The notes below the pieces were generated by a model. That model worked only from the letters and a program-made list of their open reading frames with translations, made no database searches and was not told where the DNA came from. A stretch of 23,048 nt of DNA from Octopus sinensis (lineage: Eukaryota): the NCBI RefSeq assembly GCF_006345805.1, contig NW_021836710.1:1-23048 (forward strand), given 5' to 3'. How positions within the stretch are numbered: position 1 is the first letter of the stretch; the number at the start of each line of letters is the position of its first letter. Position numbers and translations under genes: made by a program. Shown piece by piece: positions 1 to 11,046 of the stretch.

Positions 1-480
1 GCGTCCCATTAACCCAATAATATTTAGCAAAAATGTAATCCATTAGAACTATAAGCCATCAATCCATTAGCGTATCCATTAAAATGATAGAATTAACGTA
101 ATGGATTTCGTGCGAGTATCTCGAAGAGAATTATAATATTTTGTTAAATAGAAAATATATATATATAAAGAAAAGCAAAAAATGTTATCAAAAAAGCAAG
201 AATAAAAATGGCGGAAAGTTGTGCGCATCCCGAAATTTCGAGTAATTCTTTTAAAATATTAATATATCTGTGATATGTGCTTCTGCATATCATATTATTT
301 CCCCCACGCCACCCTTAAGTTATTTGGTTTGTAAGTGCAAAACACAAGTGGCCGTTGTGCTGTTCGGGAATCCCAGCTTAAATATTAAAGCACATTTGTA
401 TCTCAGGAAAGACGTGTGAAAACGCTACAATGATACGGTTGTAATGTTCAGTTGGAAGCGTTCGGATATATGGGTATATG

Positions 481-485
481 TATGC

Positions 486-516
<31 letters not shown>

Positions 517-995
517 ATATATAGATATATATATATATTTGTGAGTCAGTGCCTGTAAGTAAACAAATATGTGTATGAATATATACGTATATATGTGTAT
601 GTGTGTATGTGTGAGTGTGTTTGTGTGTTTGTGTGTATATTTGTGTATGTGCGTGTATGTGTGTGTATATATATATATATATTTCGTATATATATATATT
701 ATATATATATATATATACATACACATATATATATGTATATATATATATATGTTTCGTCTATATGTGTATATATGTGTGTATATATATATATACACATGTA
801 TACATATAAGCATATAATATGTAGAGATTGAGAGACAGGCTAGAGATGGGGAGATAGATCGCTTGATGTATATATACATATACAATATATATGCATGTAC
901 ACATTATGTATCAATTATACATATAAATACAATACCATATATAACTATAAATATATATAAATATATAAATATATATATGTATATATGTATGCATA

Positions 996-1036
<41 letters not shown>

Positions 1037-1090
1037 ATATATATATATATGCACATATACATACATACACACGCACACACACAAATATGC
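481..1090. repeat. Compound (TA)n/(TG)n/(CA)n microsatellite field
   Basis: Direct reading. Confidence 0.95.
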
Positions 1091-1832
1091 ATTTATTTTT
1101 ATCGAAAGACAAGCGGCAAGAGAAAGAAAGAGAGAAACTGTCTGACAGCTTTGATTACTGTCGTAGCAACAAAAATATTTGTCCAACACGATTTTGTGTT
1201 GCTAGTTTTAAGATTTATATATGTTAATTTATTAATTTATGCATGGCGAACAGAGGTCATCACCCTGAAATGCGGTTCTGTTCATCGGTTCACCGTGCAT
1301 ATTGGTTTCGTAATAATAAGATTTGTTGAGGTAGTATGATCGGTGATTTAATATTTGCTTGTCGCTTGTCATTAATTATGCATTAGAGTTGTGTCTTCAT
1401 TGCAATTCTCAGGAAAATATTGGGACAACATTCAGCCAAAGAATATCACTTTACTTCCATCTTTGTTTCTTAATTACTACACAAAAATGTGTCGATAATT
1501 TCTGACTTCTCTCCAAGGCAGACGCATCACGTGATTTCGAATCCTTTCTGATACCACTGTGTCCGTTTCAATATTATCTATTCGAAGTTTATGATCTCCT
1601 TTCAATCTCTCAACTTTGAAATGCGCTTTGAAAGTCTCTTAAATATTTCCAGCTAAACGACAACCGAATGAATGACACACGATGAGATGATCTGCAAGCT
1701 TTATGCTGTTCATTAATGAGTTGCCCTTAGAAACACCAGTTGAAATACAAACGTCTTCTCTAAATATTTAATCATATTTGAGATTTAGTACAACGTGCTG
1801 CTTTCATAATTACATGTTGATCCTCTTCAAGC

Positions 1833-1863
<31 letters not shown>

Positions 1864-2088
1864 ATATTATATATATATATAATATATATAATATATATGT
1901 ATAATCAACTAAGCAATAAGGATATCCAGAGGTAATGCAGTACGATCGTTTCATGCGACTCCATTTAATTGTACATTCCTTGTGCTTATTTTGATTGTAA
2001 TCACTCCATTTTGAATTATAGGATAATACCATACTAAATTCTGGTGCCTTTAACTTAAGTACGATTTTCATCGGAATCTATGTATCTA

Positions 2089-2151
<63 letters not shown>
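1833..2151. repeat. (TA)n 1833-1902, and (CT)n(TA)n 2093-2151
   Basis: Direct reading. Confidence 0.95.
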
Positions 2152-2156
<5 letters not shown>

Positions 2157-2395
2157 TGGTCTTTCAAAATGTGACCGCGTGTGTACCGTTGGCGATTTTT
2201 TTCCCTCTGTCTTTCCTTCTCTGGATCTTTCCTTCTCCTATGTTTCCGACGATGAGCTCCGCTCGGAACGTTAAACCCTCCTTCTTTCCTTCTTTCCTGA
2301 GACTCCAATAATACTATATTTGTTCCACGTCCTCGCGTTGTTGTGTTTTTTTGTGCTTTCTTGTTTGGATTAATTTACATATATATATATATAAA

Positions 2396-3040
2396 TTTAA
2401 AATAACAAGAGTGAAAAATTGAATATTAATTTGACTAATATTAATTCAAAACCACTTGTCTGGCATATTGAAAAATCTGAATGTTCAGAAAAAATTATAT
2501 TACATACAAGAGGGATGACCACTAAGTGGACATCCATTATGCAAGAAGTAGAACCTCTTTGGTCTTACCACTAAGAAAGGATTGTTCTCAAGAAAATTTA
2601 GCAAACGCCAGAACATAAGCGAGCAAGACAAATGAAAAGATACAAAATATAAAACGAAACCGGGTTTGTGATTAATCTTTATATTTTGTATCTTTTCATT
2701 TATCTTGTATTCATTAGGACGGTCACACCGAAGATCTACGGACATTTACGTAATATATTAATAGTGAAACATGTATGTTAATAATACATATTATTATTGC
2801 TTTTCTTCTGTCTTGCCCGATTACGTTCTGGTGTTTGCAAAAATTTTCTTGAGAACAACTCTTAGTGGTAAGACCATAGCAGATCTACTTTTAGCATAAG
2901 TGTTGTCCACATAGTGGTCATCTCTCTCATATATATATATAATAACATTTTACTGAAATTTCAGACTTTTATATGCTAGACCACTGGTGTGAAATTGATG
3001 TTAGTTAAATTAATATGAAATTTCTCCCCCTCGTTTTAAA
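2396..3040. mobile_element. MITE/foldback-like element with ~240-bp imperfect terminal inverted repeats
   Basis: 2396-2640 is the reverse complement of about 2800-3040, e.g. GATGACCACTAAGTGGACA/TGTCCACATAGTGGTCATC, GGTCTTACCACTAAGA/TCTTAGTGGTAAGACC, TTGTTCTCAAGAAAATTT/AAATTTTCTTGAGAACAA. TA-rich microsatellite on both flanks; no ORF. Confidence 0.75.
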
Positions 3041-3155
3041 CATATATGCATATGTATATATTATTTATGTTATTACCGAATACTTTTGTTGATTATATTT
3101 ATTACATTTTTACCAAATGAAAGGCCATAATAACTTTGTACTCAAGTGTAGCAGT

Positions 3156-3370
3156 CTGATGACGTCTATCAGGCCGAAAATTCGAAGTTAGTCACCCTTC
3201 TTCAAAGAGTTTTATATATACACACATATATATGCATATATAGATGAAAGGGGTAAACGTTTTTATTTTCTCTATCAATTTCAGAAATACAACTATTAGC
3301 GGTTTGAGTTTGGCTGCACTTTCTAGTGAGTCGAATGGCCTATTATGACCATTCCTTATATTGGTTGAAT
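3156..3370 (+). mobile_element. Old diverged relative of the array unit with a decayed minimal hammerhead core
   Basis: 3249-3370 aligns by eye to the inverted unit 10817-10937 (GGGTAAA.GTTTTT..ATTTTCTC; GCGGTT...TTTGGCTG...TTTCTAGTG.GT.GAATGGCCTATTATG.CC.TTCCTT). It ends at (TA)n like the array. Upstream is CTGATGA-CGTCT-ATC-AGGCC-GAAA (3156-3179). Confidence 0.6.
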
Positions 3371-3410
3371 GTATATATATATATATACGCTTATATATGT
3401 ATGTATATAA

Positions 3411-3463
<53 letters not shown>

Positions 3464-3786
3464 TGTATGTATGTATGTATATATATATATGATGTATATA
3501 CATATATGTACATATTCATACATATATATATATGTATATAGATATATATATATATATATATATGGTATGTATATTTATATGTATATATGTATGTACGTAT
3601 GTATATTCATATGTATATATCTACACACACGCGCATAGTTCAATAGTATGAGATAACAGTGCAGAGATTCAAAGAGTTTCAAAAATTAAATCGTACAAAT
3701 TCATAAAATTTTGTTTTGATCTTATTCATCATTAACGCACACACAGATCTAGAAATACTATAACAACTGTGACACAGACATATACA

Positions 3787-3830
<44 letters not shown>

Positions 3831-4067
3831 CACACGCCTACACACACTCTCTCTTCCTTACACAAGTACGTATTGCTATAACTACTGCATATATAAAACT
3901 ACATTCTTGAGATATGGGCGTGTGTACGTTTGTATGTGTGTGGCAGCGTGCTTGCATGTGTATATGCGTAGAAACTGTTTATGCTTATGTATGATTAAGC
4001 ATATATATGTATTAAATATATATATATGTCATACACACTTAGATATACATGCGTGTATGTATATACA

Positions 4068-4108
<41 letters not shown>

Positions 4109-4440
4109 CATACACATAAACGGTATGCGTTTGTTTTTCTTATGCATATACATATACACATATATGTGTATATATATATATATATATGTTCATAGATATA
4201 TACACACGCACATATATATATATAAATATACATATATACACACGCATATATTCATATATATGCACATACATATATATACACACACTTATATGTATGTATG
4301 AATGTATGTATGCATATGTATATATGTATGTATGTATGCATGTATGTATGTATGTATGTATGTATGTATGTATGCATGTATGTATGAATGTATGCATGTA
4401 TGTTTGTATGCATGTATGTATGCATGTATGTATATGTACT
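3371..4440. repeat. (TA)n, (CA)n and (TATG)n microsatellite field with short unique spacers
   Basis: Direct reading. Confidence 0.9.
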
Positions 4441-5209
4441 ATATTCCCAGTTTTGCTTTTGCATATCTCAGTATCTCGATTTTCATCTCACACAATTCCT
4501 TTTCTAATATGAAAGAAAAAATCTAACCCATTGTTGCTAAATGGTAAAAAGGATGGGCTAATTGTTTTAATGAATGATGAAGGAAGAGGCATGGGTTTGG
4601 CGCTGGAAGATTCCAGCTTTGCAAAAGGCATTCATGGAATTCTAGCTCTGTATTCTAAACAATGGTAGCACCATTATATGTTTGTCTTTCTAAATGGACA
4701 CTTAAAATTCCTCATTAAATTCTATCGTATATTTTATGATATTTGAAATATTTTTGTTTGAAATTTTTTTTTTTTTTGTTTCGTAGTAAATTACTTCTTA
4801 TTTATTTAATTACATTTTTATTTTAATTTTTGATCATTTCTACCCTTATGTATGTGTGTGTGTATGTGTGTGTGAGTTTGGTGAGCACTTCCACTCTACT
4901 AAACATCATCGGTACCACAGCAGCAATAAAAAACAAAAAACAATATTAAACCACAATGCCATACTAAACGCCATCTCATCCGCCATCGGTACCAGCCCCA
5001 TGACGACGACGACGACCGCCACCACCGCCTCCAGCACCACTGATACGATTATGAAGGCAGTGACATCGACACCGTAGCCTAACTACAACAAACCCGATAC
5101 CACTATCTACACATTACAAACCAAACAACCCCAATTACCAAAGTTTTATTCCTTATAACAATGGAAGAGTTGTGATCGCTGCGATAAAATGGAGGATAAA
5201 TGATGATAA

Positions 5210-6720
5210 AGATAATGGTAACGGTGGTGGTGGTGGTGGTTGTAGTGATAGTGGTGGAGGTAGTTGTTGTGGTAGTGGTAGTTTTTGTAGTAGTGGTATT
5301 AGAGGTATCTGTGGTGGCGGTAGTAATAGTGGTGGAAGTAGTTGTTGTGGTAGTGGTGGTGGTGGTAGTGATAATGCTGGAGGTAGTTGTTGTGTTAGTG
5401 GTAGTTGTTGTTGTAGTAGTGTTAGTGGTATCTGTGGTGGTGGTAGGGATAGTGCTGGAGGTAGTTGTTGTTGTGTTAGTGGTAGTTGTTGTGGTAGTGG
5501 TGGTGGTATCTGTGGTGGTAGTGGTCGTCGTGATAGTGGTGGAGGTAGTTGCTGTTGGGGTAGTGGTCGTGGTATCTGTGGTGGTGGCGGTGGTAGTAAT
5601 AGTGGTGGAGGTAGTTGTTGTTGGGGTAGTGCTGGTGGTATCTGTGGTGGTGGTGGTGGTGGTGGTTGGTGTCGTGGTGCTGAATTTAACTGTAGTGTTG
5701 GTGGCATCGATAATTATGGTGGTGGTGGTGATGGTGGTGCTGGTGGCGGTGCTGAGGGTGATGATGATGGTATCGGTTGACTTGGTAAAATCGATGCCAT
5801 TGATGGTGGAGGTTATGGTGATGGTGATGGTGGCGGTAGTAATAGTAGTAGGCCGAATAGTGGTGGTTGTGGCGATGGTTGTGGTAGTGACGGTGATTGT
5901 GGTAATGTTGGTGATGGTGGTGCTTGTGGTAGTGATTGTGTGAGGGGCGTAAAGGTGATGATGGTGGTGGTGGTGGTGGTGGTGGTGGTGGTTGTAGTAG
6001 TGATTGTGTGAGGGGCGTAAAGGTGATGATGGTGGTGGTGGTGGTGGTGGTGGTTGTAGTAGTGATTGTGTGAGGGGCGTAAAGGTGATGATGGTGGTGG
6101 TGGTGGTGGTGGTGGTGGTGGTTGTAGTAGTGATTGTGTGAGGGGCGTAAAGGTGATGATGGTGGTGGTGGTGGTGGTGGTGGTGGTGGTGGTTGTAGTA
6201 GTGGTGTTGGTAGTCATAGTAGTGATTGTGGGAGTGGTAGTGGTAGAGTAGTAATGGTGATGATGGTGGTGGGGGTAGTGGAGGTTGTAGTGATGGTGTT
6301 GGTAGTTGTAGTAGTAATTGTGGGGATGGTGGTGGTAGAGTGGTAAGGGTGATGATGGTGGTGGTGGTAGTTGTGGTTGTAGTGGTGGTGTTGGTAGCTG
6401 TAGTAGTGATTGTGGGGAGGGTGGTGGTACAGTGGCAATGGTGATGATGATGATGGTGGTGGTAGTGGTGGTGTTTGTAGTAGTATTGGTAGTGGTGGTG
6501 GTGGTGGTGGTTATAGTGGTGATAATAGCGATGGTTGTGGCAGTGGTGGAAATGATGGTGGTGTTGGTTGTTGTATAGGTGGTGATGGTGGCATTCGAAG
6601 TGGTGGATTGAATCGGTGGTTGTGGTGGTAGCTGTGAGGATGATGATGATGATGATGATGCTACAAGTGATGGTGTTGGTGGTGGTGGCGATAAACATAA
6701 TGGCGATGACAACGACGAGA
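5210..6720. repeat. Cryptic (GGT/AGT/GAT)n trinucleotide repeat with higher-order units
   Basis: Direct reading. Includes four 62-71-bp units starting at 5931, 5999, 6061 and 6129. Confidence 0.95.
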
Positions 6721-6732
6721 AACCAGATATCG

Positions 6733-7227
6733 GTGTGTGTGTGTGTAGGAGGCGTGAGTGTATATGTGTGTGCGTGTGCATGTGTGTGTGTGAGCGCGTT
6801 TGTGTGTGTGCGTGTGGGTGTGGCATGTGTGTATGTATGCGTGGATATGCGTGCGTGTGTAGGTGTGTGGGTGTGCATGTGTGTGCGTGGGTATATAGGT
6901 GTGTGTGTGAGCATGTGTGCATGCGTGTGTTATGTATGCGTGAATGTACGTGCGTGTGTATGTGTGCATGTGTAAGTGTGTGTGTGTGTGTGTGCATGTG
7001 TGTGCGTGTATGTATGCGTGGATGTGCGTGCGTGTGTAAGTGTGTGGGTGTGTGCATGTGCAGGTGTGTGCATGTGTGTGCGTGGGTATATAGGTGTGTG
7101 TGTGTGTATGTGTGCATGCGTGTGTTATGTATGCGTGAATCTACGTGCGTGTGTATGTGTGCATGTGTAAGTGTGTGTGTGTGTGTGTGTGTGCATGTGT
7201 GTGCGTGCATGTATAAGTGTGTGTGTG
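6733..7227. repeat. Degenerate (GT)n field containing a ~195-bp tandem duplication
   Basis: CGTGGGTATATAGG at 6886 and 7081; GTTATGTATGCGTGAAT at 6929 and 7124. Confidence 0.9.
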
Positions 7228-7811
7228 ATTGAGGTGTTAAATAATGAAAGAAGTTCAGTGAAGATAACGATGACGATAACGAAGATATGAGATTCGTCGA
7301 ATCTAATTAATCATTTCAAGTTATAAGCAACACTAATTAATACTGTGTGTGGGTGTGTGTGTGTGTTTCTGTTCGTAATTGCGGAAGCGGGGGTGGGGGC
7401 ATCGATTCAGTTTCTAGCTTCTCTGAGTTGTGTCTGTGAGTGTACAAGATCTTCAAGTAAGTTACAGCTCGTAGCTTCCTGAAGAGCAGCCACAGGCGAA
7501 ACTTAGAGCATCAAGAGACAGATTCGGTCAAAGTAAAATATTGCTAAGCTCTAGTATGGTATTCAGCACAATTTTTTTGCCGACAGCAGATGCTAAACGG
7601 ACACTAAATGCGTCTTCATGACAGCATTTAGTGTCATGACAGTATTTAGTGCACAGGTACACGGACAGATATATATATATATATATATTCAACAATCAAG
7701 GAACGGCCATAATAGGCCATTCACCCACTAGAAATAACAGCCAAAGCTTCAACCGCAAATAAAGATCAATTCCGTAAACAGGAGAAAATTTAAAAAAACA
7801 TTTACCCTGTA

Positions 7812-7916
7812 ATTTCTTGTACGATGCACCGTTTCGTCTGCTGTTTAATGGTAAACTAACCTGATTAAATTAAATCAAGCCAATCTTCCATAGCCCTCAG
7901 ATTCTCAGCAAGAAAT
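7812..7916 (-). ncRNA. Type I hammerhead ribozyme, unit 1 (core deletion)
   Basis: Same fold, but the core reads CTGAGA (one A lost) and one base is lost in the helix II internal loop. Either an inactive copy or a sequencing indel. Confidence 0.45.
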
Positions 7917-8297
7917 AGCCAGTCGGAACAGATATTTACACGAGGCATTTCCGACCCTGCCAAGTTAATATCTGACCTAAAATTTTCAAATCGTCGTACT
8001 CGCGCCAATTTATCGGCAGCAAATAAATATAAGCCGTCGATTCCATTACGGAATTAACCAGAAAATTCATAATTAATCAATATAGGGTGGTCAAAAAAAT
8101 TTTTGTAGAATTCCTTTTGCCACCAGCGGCCAGTGGGAAAAAATTAAATAGTCATAGACCATTTTTAAGTTCAACATCAACAATCAAGGAACGGCCATAA
8201 TAGCCATTCACCCACTAGAAATAACAGCCAAACTTCAACCGCAAATAAAGATCAATTCCGTAAACAGGAGAAAATTTAAAAAAACATTTACCCTGTA

Positions 8298-8403
8298 ATT
8301 TCTTGTACGATGCACCGTTTCGTCTGCTGTTTAATGGTAAACTAACCTGATTAAATTAAATCAAGCCAATCTCCATAGGCCCTCAGATTCTTCAGCAAGA
8401 AAT
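8298..8403 (-). ncRNA. Type I hammerhead ribozyme, unit 2
   Basis: Core intact; 1-nt deletion in the distal helix II extension; predicted cut 8305/8306. Confidence 0.7.
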
Positions 8404-8789
8404 AGCCAAGTCGGAACAGATATTTACACGAGGTATTTCCGACCCTGCCAAGTTAATATCTGACCTAAAATTTTCAAATCGTCGTACTCGCGCCAAATTT
8501 ATCGGCAGCAAATAAATATAAGCCGTCGATTCCATTACGGAATTAACCAGAAAATTCATAATTAATCAATATAGGGTGGTGAAAAAAATTTTTGTAGAAT
8601 TCCTTTTGCCACCAGCGGCCCAGTGGGAAAAAATTAAATAGTCATAGACCATTTTTAAGTTCAACATCAACAATCAAGGAACGGCCATAATAGGCCATTC
8701 ACCCACTAGAAAAAACAGCCAAAGCTTCAACCGCAAATAAAGATCAATTCCGTAAACAGGAGAAAATTTAAAAAAACATTTACCCTGTA

Positions 8790-8896
8790 ATTTCTTGTAC
8801 GATGCACCGTTTCGTCTGCTGTTTAATGGTAAACTAACCTGATTAAATTAAATCAAGCCAATCTTCCATAGGCCCTCAGATTCTTCAGCAAGAAAT
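8790..8896 (-). ncRNA. Type I hammerhead ribozyme, unit 3
   Basis: Consensus 107-nt motif, core intact; predicted cut 8797/8798. Confidence 0.75.
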
Positions 8897-9284
8897 AGCC
8901 AAGTCGGAACAGATATTTACACGAGGCATTTCCGACCCTGCCAAGTTAATATCTGACCTAAAATTTTCAAATCGTCGCACTCGCGCCAAATTTATCGGCA
9001 GCAAATAATATAAGCCGTCGATTCCATTACGGAATTAACCAGAAAATTCATAATTAATCAATATAGGGTGGTGAAAAAAATTTTTGTAGAATTCCTTTTG
9101 CCACCAGCGGCCCAGTGGGGGAAAAAATTAAATAGTCATAGACCATTTTTAAGTTCAACATCAACAATCAAGGAACGGCCATAATAGGCCATTCACCCAC
9201 TAGAAATAACAGCCAAAGCTTCAACCGCAAATAAAGATCAATTCCGTAAACAGGAGAAAATTTAAAAAAAACATTTACCCTGTA

Positions 9285-9391
9285 ATTTCTTGTACGATGC
9301 ACCGTTTCGTCTGCTGTTTAATGGTAAACTAACCTGATTAAATTAAATCAAGCCAATCTTCCATAGGCCCTCAGATTCTTCAGCAAGAAAT
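9285..9391 (-). ncRNA. Type I hammerhead ribozyme, unit 4
   Basis: Consensus 107-nt motif, core intact; predicted cut 9292/9293. Confidence 0.75.
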
Positions 9392-9777
9392 AGCCAAGTC
9401 GGAACAGATATTTACACGAGGCATTTCCGACCCTGCCAAGTTAATATCTGACCTAAAATTTTCAAATCGTCGCACTCGCGCCAAATTTATCGGCAGCAAA
9501 TAAATATAAGCCGTCGATTCCATTACGGAATTAACCAGAAAATTCATAATTAATCAATATAGGGTGGTGAAAAAAATTTTTGTAGAATTCCTTTTGCCAC
9601 CAGCGGCCCAGTGGGAAAAAATTAAATAGTCATAGACCATTTTTAAGTTCAACATCAACAATCAAGGAACGGCCATAATAGGCCATTCACCCACTAGAAA
9701 TAACAGCCAAAGCTTCAACCGCAAATAAAGATCAATTCCGTAAACAGGAGAAAATTAAAAAAAACATTTACCCTGTA

Positions 9778-9884
9778 ATTTCTTGTACGATGCACCGTTT
9801 CGTCTGCTGTTTAATGGTAAACTAACCTGATTAAATTAAATCAAGCCAATCTTCCATAGGCCCTCAGATTCTTCAGCAAGAAAT
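9778..9884 (-). ncRNA. Type I hammerhead ribozyme, unit 5
   Basis: Consensus 107-nt motif, core intact; predicted cut 9785/9786. Confidence 0.75.
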
Positions 9885-10275
9885 AGCCAAGTCGGAACAG
9901 ATATTTACACGAGGCATTTCCGACCCTGCCAAGTTAATATCTGACCTAAAATTTTCAAATCGTCGCACTCGCGCCAAATTTATCGGCAGCAAATAAATAT
10001 AAGCCGTCGATTCCATTACGGAATTAACCAGAAAATTCATAATTAATCAATATAGGGTGGTGAAAAAAATTTTTGTAGAATTCCTTTTGCCACCAGCGGC
10101 CCAGTGGGAAAAAATTAAATAGTCATAGACCATTTTTAAGTTCAACATCAACTCAACAATCAAGGAACGGCCATAATAGGCCATTCACCCACTAGAAATA
10201 ACAGCCAAAGCTTCAACCGCAAATAAAGATCAATTCCGTAAACAGGAGAAAATTAAAAAAAACATTTACCCTGTA

Positions 10276-10382
10276 ATTTCTTGTACGATGCACCGTTTCG
10301 TCTGCTGTTTAATGGTAAACTAACCTGATTAAATTAAATCAAGCCAATCTTCCATAGGCCCTCAGATTCTTCAGCAAGAAAT
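10276..10382 (-). ncRNA. Type I hammerhead ribozyme, unit 6
   Basis: Consensus 107-nt motif, core intact; predicted cut 10283/10284. Confidence 0.75.
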
Positions 10383-10519
10383 AGCCAAGTCGGAACAGAT
10401 ATTTACACGAGGCATTTCCGACCCTGCCAAGTTAATATCTGACCTAAAATTTTCAAATCGTCGCACTCGCGCCAAATTATCGCGCAGCAAATAAATATAA
10501 GCCGTCGATTCCATTACGG

Positions 10520-11046
10520 AATTTTTTTCACCACCCTATATTGATTAATTATGAATTTTCTGGTTAATTCCGTAATGGAATCGACGGCTTATATTTATTT
10601 GCTGCCGATAAATTTGGCGCGAGTGCGACGATTTGAAAATTTTAGGTCAGATATTAACTTGGCAGGGTCGGAAATGCCTCGTGTAAATATCTGTTCCGAC
10701 TTGGCTATTTCTTGCTGAAGAATCTGAGGGCCTATGGAAGATTGGCTTGATTTAATTTAATCAGTTTAGTTTACCATTAAACAGCAGACGAAACGGTGCA
10801 TCGTACAAGAAATTACAGGGTAAATGTTTTTTTTAATTTTCTCCTGTTTACGGAATTGATCTTTATTTGCGGTTGAAGCTTTGGCTGTTATTTCTAGTGG
10901 GTGAATGGCCTATTATGGCCGTTCCTTGATTGTTGATGTTGAACTTAAAAATGGTCTATGACTATTCAATTTTTCCCACTGGGCCGCTGGTGGCAAAAGG
11001 AATTCTACAAAAATTTTTTTCACCACCCTATATTGATTAATTATGA

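Larger units (their letters stand above)
7689..10523 (-). mobile_element. Tandem array of ~490-bp hammerhead-containing units (about 5.75 copies); probable non-LTR retrozyme-like element
   Basis: The marker AACAATCAAGG recurs at 7691, 8179, 8669, 9163, 9657 and 10155 (spacing 488-498 bp), and the units are near-identical. Each has a hammerhead fold on the minus strand. The left end abuts (AT)10 at 7669-7688. The array is seen directly; the retrozyme call is inference. Confidence 0.8.

Noticed and set aside
1941-1965. Minus-strand GAAAC-GATC-GTA with a palindromic loop
   Set aside because: No CTGANGA core upstream.
425-4526. Many Tyr/Ile/His/Met-rich ORFs
   Set aside because: Translations of (TA)n, (CA)n and (TATG)n.
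5103-7232. 603-aa, 465-aa, 247-aa and other long ORFs (poly-Thr/His/Pro/Val/Gly)
   Set aside because: They are translations of GGT and GT simple repeats open in several frames on both strands. The internal 62-71-bp units shift frame, and there is no domain or splice evidence.
7479-7502. CTGAAGA-N12-GAAAC hammerhead-like core on the plus strand
   Set aside because: Helix II has only 2 clear pairs, and no valid helix III or cleavage triplet can be drawn. It may be a decayed remnant but is not supportable.
8119-8138. GCCACCAGCGGCC in each unit as a CTCF site
   Set aside because: It matches only the first half of the CTCF core and lacks the GGGGGCGC half.
7689-10523. The array as CRISPR, a 5S/U6 gene array, or a coding repeat
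   Set aside because: There are no unique spacers. Only 9-nt ACGGCCATA and TCGGCAGCA resemble 5S or U6, with no further match. The longest frame per unit is ~55 codons without a start.
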